A stretch of DNA of 64,000 nt from Candidatus Eiseniibacteriota bacterium (GTDB taxonomy: Bacteria; Eisenbacteria; RBG-16-71-46). Where the stretch lies: NCBI GenBank assembly GCA_963717935.1, contig CAVQXP010000004.1, positions 388,898-452,897 of the forward strand, read 5' to 3'. Each line of letters starts with the position of its first letter. The stretch's first letter is position 1. The notes beneath the pieces are model-generated. The model had not been told where the DNA came from. It worked only from the letters and a program-made list of their open reading frames with translations, and did no database searches. Of this stretch, positions 54,846 to 64,000 are shown one piece after another. The translations under genes and the position numbers were made by a program.

Positions 54846-56273
54846 ATGTCCATCAAGGGCGGACGGCTCGAGTTCCTGGCGCCGCACCTGCTGCGCAGCC
54901 AGATCCTGCGGCCGGGCTTCGTGCGCCTGAGCCTCAGGCTCGGAGCCGCGCGGCGGATGCCGGCGTGGGCCCGGCTCCAGTTCGTCAACGCCGGCGTCTC
55001 CCCCGCGGACCTGGACCTGGTTCTCCGCCGGGTGACGAGCCTCGACTCCTGGGTCGAGGAATGGGAGCGCCTCGGCCGGATGCACGAGGCCAGGAGCCAC
55101 GGCAGCCTCGCGATGGGCGACCGGGCCGGGGCCAGGGCGCAGCTGCTCGCTGCCGCCGCCGCGTTCAACTTCGCGCAGTACGTGCTGTTCGTCGACGTCG
55201 CCCGCAAGCGCGGGCTCCACGACGCGGGCACGCGCGCCTATGGCGCGGCCGCGCCGCTGCTCGATCCACCTGCCCGGCCCTTCGAGGTCGTCTACCGCCG
55301 GCGCGTGATGAAGGGCTGGCTGCGCGTGCCGCGCGAGACGGGGCCGGCGCCCCTGGTCGTGCTCTTCCACGGCACCAATGGCGTGAAGGAGGAGTTGCAT
55401 GGCTGGAGCGAGGCGCTGCTCCAGCGCGGGCTCGCCACGCTCGCCTTCGACGGTCCGGGGCTGGGCCAGACCTTCCATCGCCTGTCGATGGTCGCCGAGC
55501 CCCGGCCGGTGTGGGACGCCGTCCGCCGGGCGATCGAGGCGGAGCCCGCGCTGGACCCCGAAGCGGTGGCGCTCTTCGGCACCAGCCTGGGGGGCTTCCT
55601 CGCCATCCGCATGGCCGCGCACGACCCGCGCGTGCGCGCGGTGGCGGCCGTGAGTCCGCCCTACTCCGTTGCGGTCTACTGGAACGTCACGCTCGCCGGC
55701 ATGCGGCGTGAGCTGGCGGCCCTCTACGACGCGTCGGAGGACGAGATGGCGCGCGTGGTCGAGCGCCTGACGCTCGGCGGCGTGCTGCCCGCGCTGCGCA
55801 CCCCCCTGTTCGTCGCGGGCGGAGGCCACGATCTGATCACGCCGGGCGAGGAGACCCGCCGCGTCTTCGACGAGGCCCGCTGTGAGCGACAGCTGGTCTA
55901 CTACCCCCGGGGCGCGCACGACTGCTTCAACGTGCTCGCCGACCTGCGCCCGCGCCTGGCCGGCTGGCTCGTGGACCGGCTCGCGCCGCACCGGAACGGA
56001 CGCCCGCCGCGCCCGCGCGCCCGCATCGAGCCCGATGCCGGGGACGCGGCCGAGGCCGTGGACGACGACTTCGCCGCGGAGCTGCGGGGTGAGACCCGCC
56101 GGCTCGTCTGGAACCGTCCGACAGCGCTCTTCGAGCCCGTGCGCTGGGCCTGGTGGCCGCGCGCGGCGCACGATCACGTCGAGGTGATCTGCCGCGCCGC
56201 GACGGGCCCGCAGCCGGGCGCCGGAACGCGCCGCGCTTCAGGCGCACGCCCCTCCGACCGATACCCCGGGTGA
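54846..56273 (+). CDS. Alpha/beta-hydrolase fold esterase (FrsA/DUF1100-like)
   Basis: G-x-S-x-G nucleophile elbow (ALFGTSLGGFLA) and a catalytic His region (…RGAHDCF…). The ATG at 54846 (GAGGGG upstream) was preferred over GTG at 54837. The C-terminal 90 aa are low-complexity. Confidence 0.65.
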   Translation: MSIKGGRLEFLAPHLLRSQILRPGFVRLSLRLGAARRMPAWARLQFVNAGVSPADLDLVLRRVTSLDSWVEEWERLGRMHEARSHGSLAMGDRAGARAQLLAAAAAFNFAQYVLFVDVARKRGLHDAGTRAYGAAAPLLDPPARPFEVVYRRRVMKGWLRVPRETGPAPLVVLFHGTNGVKEELHGWSEALLQRGLATLAFDGPGLGQTFHRLSMVAEPRPVWDAVRRAIEAEPALDPEAVALFGTSLGGFLAIRMAAHDPRVRAVAAVSPPYSVAVYWNVTLAGMRRELAALYDASEDEMARVVERLTLGGVLPALRTPLFVAGGGHDLITPGEETRRVFDEARCERQLVYYPRGAHDCFNVLADLRPRLAGWLVDRLAPHRNGRPPRPRARIEPDAGDAAEAVDDDFAAELRGETRRLVWNRPTALFEPVRWAWWPRAAHDHVEVICRAATGPQPGAGTRRASGARPSDRYPG

Positions 56274-56382
56274 TGGCAGCGCCCCGCGCCCCGGGTCCCT
56301 TGTAGACCGGGGGCGGCGCCTCTATCATCCGCCGCCTTGTCCTCCCTCGGGGACGTCCTCGGCTACGAGCACCGGAGCCTGC

Positions 56383-58011
56383 ATGCCGCGCACCCCGCAC
56401 GTCGCCTATTTCTGCATGGAGTTCGGGCTGCACGAGTCCTTTCCCATCTACTCGGGGGGGCTCGGCATCCTGGCCGGCGACTTCATCAAATCGGCGGCGG
56501 ACCTCAAGTTGCCGGTGATCGGCGTCGGGCTCCTGTGGGAGCACGGGTACTCGGTGCAGCGGGTCGGCCCCGACGGCCAGCCCCACGAGGAGTTCCCCCG
56601 CTACGACTACTCCTTCCTGCGCGACACCGGCGTGCACGTGCGCGTCAACGTGCGCGGGACCGAGGTGCCCTGCAACGTCTGGGTGACCACGCGGTTCGGG
56701 CACGTGCCCCTCTACCTGATCCAGCCCACGCGCCCCGCGGACCGCTGGATCACGCACCGGCTCTACGAGGCGGGCACCGACGTGCGCATCGCGCAGGAGA
56801 TGCTGCTCGGCATCGGCGGGGCGCGCGCACTCACCTGGCTCGGGATCCCGGTGGCGATCCACCACTTCAACGAGGGCCATGCCGTGTTCGCCGGCGTCGA
56901 GATGATCGCGTCGCGCATGGAGGGGGGGCTCACCCTCCCCGACGCCTGGGCGGCGACGCGGCGAGAGATCGTCTTCACCACCCACACCCCGGTGAAGGCG
57001 GGCAACGAGGAGCATTCGCTCCAGGATCTCCGCCGGCTGGGCGCGTGCCTGCAACTCTCCGGCGCCGAGATGCGCGCCATCGGCGGCGACCCGTTCAACA
57101 TGACGGTGGCGGGGCTGCGGCTCGCGCGCGCGGCCAACGCGGTCGCCACCCTGCACGGCGAGACGGCACGCATCATGTGGAAGCACATCACCGACGCGGC
57201 GCCCATCATCTCCGTCACGAACGGGGTGCACGTGCCCACCTGGCAATCACCGCTGGTGCGCGCGGCGGCCGACGACCCCGGACGGTTGTGGGATGCGCAC
57301 GCGCTCCACCGGGGCGAGTTGCTGGCCGAGATCGAGCGGCGCAAGGGCCTGCAACTCGACCCCGACGGACTCATCATCGGTTTCGCGCGCCGGGCGGCGG
57401 GCTACAAGCGGCCCGACCTGATCGTGCGGGACGAGAAGCGTCTCGAGGGCCTCCTGGCGCGCGGCGCGCACGTCGTGCTGGCGGGCAAGTCGCACCCCGA
57501 CGACAAGTTCGGCAAGACCCTCATCGCGCGCCTGGTCTCGGCCGAGCGCGCGCACCCGGGGCAGGTCGTCTACCTCGAGAACTACGACATGGCGCTGGGG
57601 CGGATGCTCACGCGCGGCTGCGACGTGTGGCTCAACAACCCCATCCGCCCGCTCGAAGCGAGCGGCACCTCGGGCATGAAGGCCGCGATGAACGGCGTGC
57701 TCAACCTGAGCATCCTCGACGGCTGGTGGCCCGAGGGCTGCGAGCACGGCGTGAACGGCTGGGCGATCGGCGACAGCAAGTCGGGCGACGACGCGAGGGA
57801 CCTGGCCGCGCTCTACGCGGTGCTCGAGGGCGAGGTGTTGCCGGCCTGGGCCGACCGCGCCCGCTGGGTCGCCATGATGCAGGCCAGCATCGCGATGAGT
57901 GTGGAGAAGTTCTCCTCGGACCGCATGCTGCGCGACTACTTCGCGAAGCTCTACCCGGTGGGCGAGACCCGACCGGTCGAGATGCCCGGGGTGGCGCCCG
58001 CGAACCGCTGA
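56383..58011 (+). CDS. Alpha-glucan phosphorylase (GT35, short alpha-glucan-family phosphorylase type)
   Basis: VAYFCMEFGLHESFPIYSGGLGILAGD N-terminus and the PLP-Lys region (…EASGTSGMKAAMNGVLNLS…) are diagnostic. Confidence 0.85.
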   Translation: MPRTPHVAYFCMEFGLHESFPIYSGGLGILAGDFIKSAADLKLPVIGVGLLWEHGYSVQRVGPDGQPHEEFPRYDYSFLRDTGVHVRVNVRGTEVPCNVWVTTRFGHVPLYLIQPTRPADRWITHRLYEAGTDVRIAQEMLLGIGGARALTWLGIPVAIHHFNEGHAVFAGVEMIASRMEGGLTLPDAWAATRREIVFTTHTPVKAGNEEHSLQDLRRLGACLQLSGAEMRAIGGDPFNMTVAGLRLARAANAVATLHGETARIMWKHITDAAPIISVTNGVHVPTWQSPLVRAAADDPGRLWDAHALHRGELLAEIERRKGLQLDPDGLIIGFARRAAGYKRPDLIVRDEKRLEGLLARGAHVVLAGKSHPDDKFGKTLIARLVSAERAHPGQVVYLENYDMALGRMLTRGCDVWLNNPIRPLEASGTSGMKAAMNGVLNLSILDGWWPEGCEHGVNGWAIGDSKSGDDARDLAALYAVLEGEVLPAWADRARWVAMMQASIAMSVEKFSSDRMLRDYFAKLYPVGETRPVEMPGVAPANR

Positions 58012-58114
58012 GACGCGGCCCCGGGACGAGGCGGCCGGCCCCGCGCGGGCGCCGGCGGGACCTCGTCCGTCTCGGGCTCAACGCGGCAGCCTGCCGGAGA
58101 TGCCGGGCGAGACC

Positions 58115-58648
58115 CTACCCGTCCTGTCCCGGGGGGGCCTGGTTCTCCGGCCCGGGCTCCGGCGCGGCCTCCTCCGCCAGCACCGGCAGCCGAGTGAGCG
58201 TGGCGATGTAGTCGTCGGGCAGCTTGTGCGCACGCGCGCCCTTCAGCACCGCATCCATGTAACGACGCGTGGGCGGCGAGGGATTGGCGGTGTGCGCGAG
58301 GTAGGCCATCGCCTTCACGCGGCGCGGCACCGAGCCATCCTCGGGGTGCGTCAACTCGACCCAGACGGGCTCGCGCTCGTAGAGGTTGTGCGCGTCGCCG
58401 GGACCGCGGAAGCCCTCGCAGCCGTCCAGCGCGCGCAGGTCCTCGTCGCCCAGCTCGTACAACATGCCCCAGACATCCTTGCCGTGCGACAGTTGCAGAC
58501 TGGCCACGCCGCCACCCCAGGTCGTCGAGAAGATCGGGAAGATCAGCTTGTGATCGCGCAGCACCGCCATCCCGACCACCTTGTGCGCCGGGCAGCGGGC
58601 CTGCATCTGGTCTGGGTCCAGGTTCGACCCGAACGCGAAATAGAGCAT
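58115..58648 (-). CDS. Gamma-glutamylcyclotransferase-like (GGCT/AIG2 fold) protein
   Basis: MLYFAFGSNLDPDQMQ…RCP N-terminal YGSL-type motif. GGGAGG lies 5 nt before the ATG at 58648; the longer ORF start at 58783 was rejected. Confidence 0.75.
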   Translation of the reverse strand: MLYFAFGSNLDPDQMQARCPAHKVVGMAVLRDHKLIFPIFSTTWGGGVASLQLSHGKDVWGMLYELGDEDLRALDGCEGFRGPGDAHNLYEREPVWVELTHPEDGSVPRRVKAMAYLAHTANPSPPTRRYMDAVLKGARAHKLPDDYIATLTRLPVLAEEAAPEPGPENQAPPGQDG

Positions 58649-59084
58649 CTGGCCTCCCAAATCTCGAGCCCGGGTCGAAAGACCCCCGGGCGCGTGTCCG
58701 GTCCAGCATAGTGCATGGGCGGCCGCAGCGACATCGGATTGTTGAGCAGGCTGACGGCTCTCGCCGGGCAGCGGAGGGCACACCGGCCACCGCGCCGCGC
58801 GGCGGGCCGGCGGGAGGCAGGTGGAACGCCGGAAGGCGACGCCCGCACCCGGCGGAGACAGGATGTCGGAGCCGGATCAGCGCGGAGGAGCGAGGGAGCG
58901 CCATGGATTGGCGCGACCGAGCGCTCGCCCGGAGCGCGTTCCGCCTACCTCCCACCGGCCCGCCCCCCAAGCCGGGTTTGTCGCGCCCCCGGGCGGTGTC
59001 TATCATCCAGCCCCTCGGCGGCCCCACGTCCCGCGCCCCCCGGCACGGGAGCCGGCCCCGACCCCGACCCCGGAGAGAGACGCC
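58649..59084. promoter_or_regulatory. 436-bp divergent intergenic region (GGCT-like minus / LmbE-like plus)
   Basis: No convincing ORF lies here; the ORF-track extension 58821..59084 is Pro/Arg-rich and lacks an SD box. Confidence 0.3.
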
Positions 59085-59813
59085 ATGGCAGTGGACTTCC
59101 TCGCTTTCGGCCCCCACCCCGACGACGGCGAGATCGGCTGCGGGGCAGTGCTGCGCAAGATGAAGGCGCTCGGGCACACGACCGGCATCGTGGACATGAC
59201 GACCGGCGACATGGGCTGGGGCACGGTCGAGGAGCGGTTGGCCGAGTGCGACGCGGCGGCGAAGATCCTGCAGTTGGACGTGCGCGAGAACCTGGACCTG
59301 GGCGACAACCGCATCGAGGACACCTTCGAGAACCGTTGCGCGGTGGCGGCGAAGATCCGCAAGCACCGTCCGCAGGTCGTCTTCGCGCCCTACTACAACC
59401 TGCCCATCGGGCGCGGACTGGGGCACAACGACCACTACAAGACCGGGCAGATCGTGGCGAACGCCTACAACCTCGCGCATCTTCGCAAGGCACCGGTCGA
59501 GGGCGAGCCGCACCAGGCGAAGGCCATCTACTTCTACTTCCTGCCACCCGGCACACCACCCACGTTCATCGTGGACGTGAGCGATCACCACGAGGACTGG
59601 ATCAAGGCGCTCGAGTGCCACACGAGCCAGTTCGCGAACCCCGGCCGGCCGCGCCCGGTCGCGCTGCCGGCGCCGACCGACGCGTTCATCGCGTTCGCGC
59701 GCTACTGGGGCTGGCAGATCGGCGTGCGCTACGGGCAGGCGTTCCTCTCGATCGCGCCGCTGCGCGTCGGCGACCCGCTCACGCTCGTGAAGGACGTGGT
59801 CCCGCGACCGTGA
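59085..59813 (+). CDS. PIG-L/LmbE-family N-acetylglucosaminyl deacetylase (BshB/MshB-like)
   Basis: LAFGPHPDDGEIGCGAVL (H-P-D-D zinc motif) and the downstream …HNDHYKTG… His motif; the ATG is at 59085. Confidence 0.8.
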   Translation: MAVDFLAFGPHPDDGEIGCGAVLRKMKALGHTTGIVDMTTGDMGWGTVEERLAECDAAAKILQLDVRENLDLGDNRIEDTFENRCAVAAKIRKHRPQVVFAPYYNLPIGRGLGHNDHYKTGQIVANAYNLAHLRKAPVEGEPHQAKAIYFYFLPPGTPPTFIVDVSDHHEDWIKALECHTSQFANPGRPRPVALPAPTDAFIAFARYWGWQIGVRYGQAFLSIAPLRVGDPLTLVKDVVPRP

Positions 59814-60646
59814 CGCCGCGGGCCGCAGGCTCTTCCCCCGCCGCGTCCGCCCGGCGCTTCGGCCCGGCGACCCTCGTCACGCTGCTGCTCGCGGCCGTGC
59901 CCGGCATCGCCGGCTCCGCGGAGGCCCGGGCGACACCGGCGGACACGCGCGTCGCCCGGCTCGCGGACGAGTATCGCGACGGACTCCTCGCGGACCGGCC
60001 CGACCTGGCCTCGCGTCTCGGCGACCACCGCGGCGACGACCGGCTCGAACCGGTCACGCAGGTCACGCTCGCGCGGGGGGCCGCGCGGCTGCGCTCGCTC
60101 GCCGCGCGGCTCGACTCGATCCCCCGCGCCTCGCTCGCGCCGGTCGCCGCACTCGAGCGCGACGCGCTCGCGGCGCGGATCGCCGCCGCGCGGCACGAAC
60201 TGGAGGTGACGCGCCGCTGGGAGCGCGACCCGGCCGCCTACGTCGACCTCGCGGGCGACGCCATCGCGGCGCTCATGAAGCGCGGCGCGGGTCCGACCTG
60301 CGCCCGCACCCGCGCGATGGCGCGGCGGCTCGCGCGCGTGCCCGACGTGCTGCGCGCGGCCCGCATCAACCTGCGCGAGCCGCCGCGCGCGCTCATCGAG
60401 GCCGCTTTGCCGGACTACGAGCGCCTGCTGCGCTTCTACCGCGGGGGGCTCTCCGCGTTCGGCGCGCGCTGCCGCGAGCCGCGCACGCAGGCGGACCTCG
60501 CTCAGGCCGACTCCACGGCGGTGCGGGCGGTCGAGGATTTCCTCGATTACCTGCGCGTGGACCTGCTGCCGCGCGCCACCGGCGCGGAGCGCGGGCCGGG
60601 CATCCTGCCCGATTCGGCCCGCGGAGCACCCGCGCAAGCCCCGTGA
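59810..60646 (+). CDS. DUF885-like N-terminal domain protein (278 aa; appears truncated relative to about 560-aa family members)
   Basis: GTG overlaps the LmbE-like stop (GTGA). …LADEYRDGLLADRPDLASRLGDHRGDDRLEP… matches my memory of the DUF885 N-terminal region. No HExxH C-terminal half follows. Confidence 0.4.
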   Translation: MTPRAAGSSPAASARRFGPATLVTLLLAAVPGIAGSAEARATPADTRVARLADEYRDGLLADRPDLASRLGDHRGDDRLEPVTQVTLARGAARLRSLAARLDSIPRASLAPVAALERDALAARIAAARHELEVTRRWERDPAAYVDLAGDAIAALMKRGAGPTCARTRAMARRLARVPDVLRAARINLREPPRALIEAALPDYERLLRFYRGGLSAFGARCREPRTQADLAQADSTAVRAVEDFLDYLRVDLLPRATGAERGPGILPDSARGAPAQAP

Positions 60647-60777
60647 GCACGACGCGGCCCGTCGCGTCCGCCCTCTTCGTTGACGCTCCCGCTGCATCGC
60701 GGCTAAAGTGCCGTGGCCACACGACCCGATACCATGGATGGTCTGGGCCCGGCGCCCTCGGCGCATCAGGAGGTTCC

Positions 60778-61776
60778 ATGCTGTTGCGCGCCTTGCGCGC
60801 CTGGGGAGCGTTGTTCCTCGTCGCACTGGTGGCCTGGCCGGCCATGACGGCCGACGCCGCCACCCCGGCTTCCGTGGACGCGGCGAAGAAGACCCCGGCG
60901 AAACGAACCGTCGTCACGGGCACGAAGAAGCCGGTCGGCGCGAAGCAGGCGGTCGCCACGCGCCGCTCCAAGAGCCGGCGCCGCCGTGCCCCGGCCCCGC
61001 CACGGGGCGGCGTCTACGCCCGCAACGCCGTGGTCATCGATCCCGCGACGGACGAGGTGCTGTTCGAGAAACAGTCGCTGCAGACCGTGCCCATCGCCAG
61101 CCTCACCAAGCTGATGAGCGCGATGGTCTTCCTCGAGCAGAAGCCGGACCTGAGGCGCATGGTCGACGTGACGCGCGAAGAGATCCGTGGCGGCGGCCAC
61201 ACGCGGCTGTGGAACAGGGAACGCGTGGCCCTCTACGACCTGCTCCACATGAGCCTGATGAGCTCCGACAACGTGGCCACGCGGGTGCTGGCGCGCGAAT
61301 CCGGGCTGCCGCCGGGGGAGTTCGTCCCGCGGATGAACGAGAAGGCGCGCGCGATGGGCCTGACGAACACGCACTTCGCCGAGCCGACCGGGCTCGACGA
61401 GCGCAACGTCTCGACCGCGGTGGACGTCGCGCGGCTGCTGCGGGCCGCGGCGGACCACTACCTGATCCGCGAGATCACGACCACGCCGGACTACGTGCTG
61501 GTGGGCGAGTACCCCGGGCGCAGGCGCACCATCGCGCGTTCCCACCAGATCGTGAACACCAACCGGCTGCTGCGCAACAACCGTTACGAGTTCTCGTGCA
61601 GCAAGACCGGTTTCATCAGCCAGTCCGGCTACTGCCTGGCGACCTGGGTGCGCGATCGCGGCCGTGACCTGATCACGGTGGTGCTGGGCGCGCCGACGAA
61701 TGCCACGCGCTTCGCCGACGTCGTGCGCCTGGTCCAGCGGACGCAGACTCCGAGCCTCGAGCAGGTCCAGCCCTAG
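60778..61776 (+). CDS. D-alanyl-D-alanine carboxypeptidase (peptidase S11, PBP5/6-like)
   Basis: AGGAGG lies 5 nt before the ATG; signal peptide MLLRALRAWGALFLVALVAWPAMTADA. SLTKLM (SxxK), SSDN (SxN) and KTG motifs are present. Confidence 0.8.
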   Translation: MLLRALRAWGALFLVALVAWPAMTADAATPASVDAAKKTPAKRTVVTGTKKPVGAKQAVATRRSKSRRRRAPAPPRGGVYARNAVVIDPATDEVLFEKQSLQTVPIASLTKLMSAMVFLEQKPDLRRMVDVTREEIRGGGHTRLWNRERVALYDLLHMSLMSSDNVATRVLARESGLPPGEFVPRMNEKARAMGLTNTHFAEPTGLDERNVSTAVDVARLLRAAADHYLIREITTTPDYVLVGEYPGRRRTIARSHQIVNTNRLLRNNRYEFSCSKTGFISQSGYCLATWVRDRGRDLITVVLGAPTNATRFADVVRLVQRTQTPSLEQVQP

Positions 61777-61788
61777 CCCGGACCGTCG

Positions 61789-62592
61789 ATGACCCGCTGC
61801 CGCGATCCCGTCACCGCCCTGCTGGTCGGGGTCGCGGCGGGGCTCGCGGGCGGACTCTTCGGTGTCGGCGGTGGGATCGTGCTCGTGCCGCTGCTCACCG
61901 GCGTGCTCTGCCTGAGCCAGCACCAGGCGCACGGCACCTCGCTCGCCGCCATCGGTGCCACCGCGCTCGCCTCGCTCTTCGTCTACGGCACTCACGGCAA
62001 CGTGGCCTGGGGCACGGCGGCGCTGGTGGGCGGGGCCAGCATGCTCACGGCGCGCTACGGCGCGCGCCTGGCCGCCCGCGCCTCGACGCGCGATCTCAGG
62101 CGGGCGTTCGCGATCTTCCTCGTGCTCGTGGCGCTGCGCCTGCTGTGGAGGGCGCCCGCGGCCACGGGCTCACCGTTCCACGGCCTGCCGCTGGCCGTGG
62201 GCTTCGACCTGCTGCTGGGCGCGGCGGTCGGGGTGCTGGCCGGGTTCATGGGCGTGGGCGGCGGCATCCTCGCGGTGCCCGCCTTCGCGCTGGTGCTCGG
62301 GATGTCCCAGCCGGCGGCGCAGGGCACCTCGCTCGCCGTGATCCTGCTCACCGCCCCGGCGGGCGCGTTCGAGCATCACCGTCACGGGAACGTGGCCCTG
62401 CGGATCGTGCCCTGGCTCGCGCTGGGCGCCGCGGCGGGGGGCCCGGCCGGTTCGTGGCTGGCGCAGTGGCTGCCGCAGGCGGTTCTGGCCCGCGCGTTTG
62501 CGGTGTTCCTGCTCGCGAACGTCGTGCAGCTGTGGCTGCGGCCCGGTTCGGGCGGAAGGACCCAGCCGGGCCGCGAAGGGACCGCGAGCTGA
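61789..62592 (+). CDS. TauE/SafE (DUF81) family anion exporter
   Basis: Duplicated 4-TM halves with GxGGG motifs (GGLFGVGGGIVLVP; GFMGVGGGILAVP). Confidence 0.8.
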   Translation: MTRCRDPVTALLVGVAAGLAGGLFGVGGGIVLVPLLTGVLCLSQHQAHGTSLAAIGATALASLFVYGTHGNVAWGTAALVGGASMLTARYGARLAARASTRDLRRAFAIFLVLVALRLLWRAPAATGSPFHGLPLAVGFDLLLGAAVGVLAGFMGVGGGILAVPAFALVLGMSQPAAQGTSLAVILLTAPAGAFEHHRHGNVALRIVPWLALGAAAGGPAGSWLAQWLPQAVLARAFAVFLLANVVQLWLRPGSGGRTQPGREGTAS

Positions 62593-62882
62593 GCCCTGAC
62601 GCCTTTGCGAGACACCCCGGCCTTCCGGGGCTCGGAGCCGTTCCCCGCGGCTTCTTGTGGTTCTTTATGGATTGAACATCGCACGGCGATTGTCTATGAT
62701 TCTTCCGGTTTAAGTGAATTGCGCGTTGCCAGAGAGCAGCGCCATCGGGGTCGCCCGTCCTCGACACGGGCACGAGTCCACCGTGGGAACCGCAACCAGA
62801 GTCCATCCCCCAGGCAAGTCGGGACAAGGGTCAGGGGTCCACACGACATCACAGTCCGCGCACTTCTCAAGGAGACCCCTCA

Positions 62883-63659
62883 ATGCGCAAGACTGCTATC
62901 ACGCTCCTCGCATCCGGACTCATGGTGACGCTCCTCGTCGTGGTCGTGCCGGCGCTGGCCGGCCTCGGCGGGCACGATGAGACCATGGAGACCTACGCCA
63001 CCGGCTGGAACGCCGCGACCGGTTCCGTCGCAACACCCGGTACCGTGTGCGCCGGGATCACGGGCACGCACCTGCTCATGACCGAGGTGGGCTGGCGTGG
63101 GCTGAACAGCAAGGCCCTGGCCGATTCGGTCGAGTTCATCGAGATCTACAACCCGACCACGGAGCCCATCGACCTCACGAACTACTACGTGTCGGACGTC
63201 AACGGCTACTCCGCGTTGCCCGTGGCCGGGACGATCGACCTCGCCGGCACCTCGACGGACTTCGGGATGAGGTTCCCGAGCGGGGCGACGATCGGACCGG
63301 GCGCCGTCAAGGTGATCGCGATCGACGGTGGCCGCTGGAAGCGCGGCGTCGGCACCGACGCCGACTTCATGTTGTTCAACGCCGGCGGCGGCGCGACCAC
63401 GGCCCTCCCGATGGTGGACGTCCACGTCAACGGCGGGACGACCTATCCGACCTACGGCGAATTGCTCAACACCGGCGAGTTCGTGTGGCTGTTCTCCTGG
63501 AACGGCCTCGACGACCTGGTCTGTGACGTCGACCTGGTGGCCTGGGGGTCGCAGCCGGGCGACAACTGCCCGTTGAAGAAGACCGCGGCCACGTGCCAGG
63601 ACGGGCCGGATGCGGACGTCACTGCCAGCTGCTACAGGGGGATCTTGGCCCCATCGTGA
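62883..63659 (+). CDS. Hypothetical secreted protein (low-GC gene)
   Basis: AAGGAG lies 9 nt before the ATG; signal peptide MRKTAITLLASGLMVTLLVVVVPALA. Local GC is about 58-62%. I recognise no family motif. Confidence 0.6.
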   Translation: MRKTAITLLASGLMVTLLVVVVPALAGLGGHDETMETYATGWNAATGSVATPGTVCAGITGTHLLMTEVGWRGLNSKALADSVEFIEIYNPTTEPIDLTNYYVSDVNGYSALPVAGTIDLAGTSTDFGMRFPSGATIGPGAVKVIAIDGGRWKRGVGTDADFMLFNAGGGATTALPMVDVHVNGGTTYPTYGELLNTGEFVWLFSWNGLDDLVCDVDLVAWGSQPGDNCPLKKTAATCQDGPDADVTASCYRGILAPS

Positions 63660-63808
63660 CCCTCGCGACGCCCAGCAGCGGCTCTGGCACCCGCCAGCGC
63701 ACCGGCCCCGAGGCCGGGGAGACGGCGACGGGCGGCAACGGCTGCCTCGACATCGCGGTCTCCGCGATCCACAGCACGTGGGGCAGCGTGAAGGCCATCT
63801 ACCGGTAG
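63593..63808 (+). CDS. Possible C-terminal continuation of the previous gene in the +2 frame (frameshift or sequencing-error candidate), or a small overlapping ORF
   Basis: An open frame overlaps the last 66 nt of 62883..63659 and ends 40 nt before a strong terminator hairpin, so the transcription unit ends after 63808, not after 63659. Confidence 0.2.
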   Translation: MPGRAGCGRHCQLLQGDLGPIVTLATPSSGSGTRQRTGPEAGETATGGNGCLDIAVSAIHSTWGSVKAIYR

Positions 63809-63847
63809 GCCCCCCGCGCGGGTGACCGCGACGGGAGCACCTCAAAC

Positions 63848-63875
63848 GAAGGCCCGGCGGCGCCGCCGGGCCTTC
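63848..63875. terminator. Perfect 13-bp stem hairpin (GAAGGCCCGGCGG-cg-CCGCCGGGCCTTC)
   Basis: Read directly from the sequence, downstream of the last secreted-protein gene. Confidence 0.5.
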
Positions 63876-64000
63876 GTGCTGGCGTGCGGGCGGGTCCCGG
63901 CCGCCGCCCGGCCGGCGCGGCGGCTTCCGCAAGTGGTTCCGGGCCCGCGTAGTTGCGGCATCCCCGCCCGCGAACGTCATGCGATTGTGGACACGGTCGG

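Noticed and set aside
52511-56177. 514-aa and 486-aa minus-strand ORFs (52511..54055, 54717..56177) and plus ORFs 52420..53925, 54049..54720
   Set aside because: They are alternative-frame or antisense artefacts over the amidohydrolase, MscL and alpha/beta-hydrolase genes.
58821-59084. N-terminal 88-codon extension of the LmbE-like ORF
   Set aside because: It is Pro/Arg/Ala-rich with no SD, while the ATG at 59085 gives the conserved family N-terminus directly.

Overview
The window is 64 kb of very high-GC (about 70-73%) bacterial chromosome with dense coding on both strands. Gene content suggests a diderm lineage such as Gemmatimonadota or Acidobacteriota: many outer-membrane beta-barrel proteins, TolC/HlyD and DsbD, an ECF sigma factor, and a Ser/Thr kinase with a TolB-like propeller. 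This lineage guess comes from gene content only. I call about 57 CDS (including two low-confidence fragments). I found no rRNA, tRNA, CRISPR array, transposase or integrase by reading the sequence. Many long ORFs in the six-frame track are frame artefacts typical of GC-rich DNA (Arg/Gly/Pro-rich, antisense to real genes) and were rejected. All calls rest on reading the translations, recognising family motifs from memory, signal peptides, Shine-Dalgarno-like GGAGG boxes and start/stop geometry; no database search was possible.

Main gene groups:
- A split efflux locus: TolC and an HlyD/EmrA-like fusion protein on the minus strand, divergent from tldD-pmbA-EmrB (an MFS drug transporter) on the plus strand.
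- A polysaccharide-initiation pair (a GT2 glycosyltransferase next to a WecA/MraY-family transferase) and a PMT/GT39-like membrane protein with TPR repeats elsewhere.
- A four-gene translationally coupled operon: lipoprotein, Eis-like GNAT acetyltransferase, a small Tat-signal protein, and an amidase.
- A secreted two-domain retropepsin-like aspartic protease with a PDZ domain.
- DsbD followed by an ECF sigma / zinc-finger anti-sigma pair, facing a tandem duplication of small membrane proteins.
- A YhaO/YhaN-like SbcD nuclease plus a 966-aa SbcC/Rad50-like ATPase with a membrane hairpin where a zinc hook is expected.
- A low-GC subtilisin lipoprotein, probably horizontally acquired.
- Endonuclease III translationally coupled to an unusually long (816 aa) SppA lipoprotein.
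- A LolA-like plus Omp85-like pair.
- A Ser/Thr kinase (PD40 propeller) paired with an FHA-GAF-PP2C phosphatase.
- Two tandem amidohydrolases.
- MscL with a C-terminal zinc-ribbon tail.

A recurrent genome signature is a start/stop overlap (ATGA, GTGA or TGATG) at 11 or more gene junctions.
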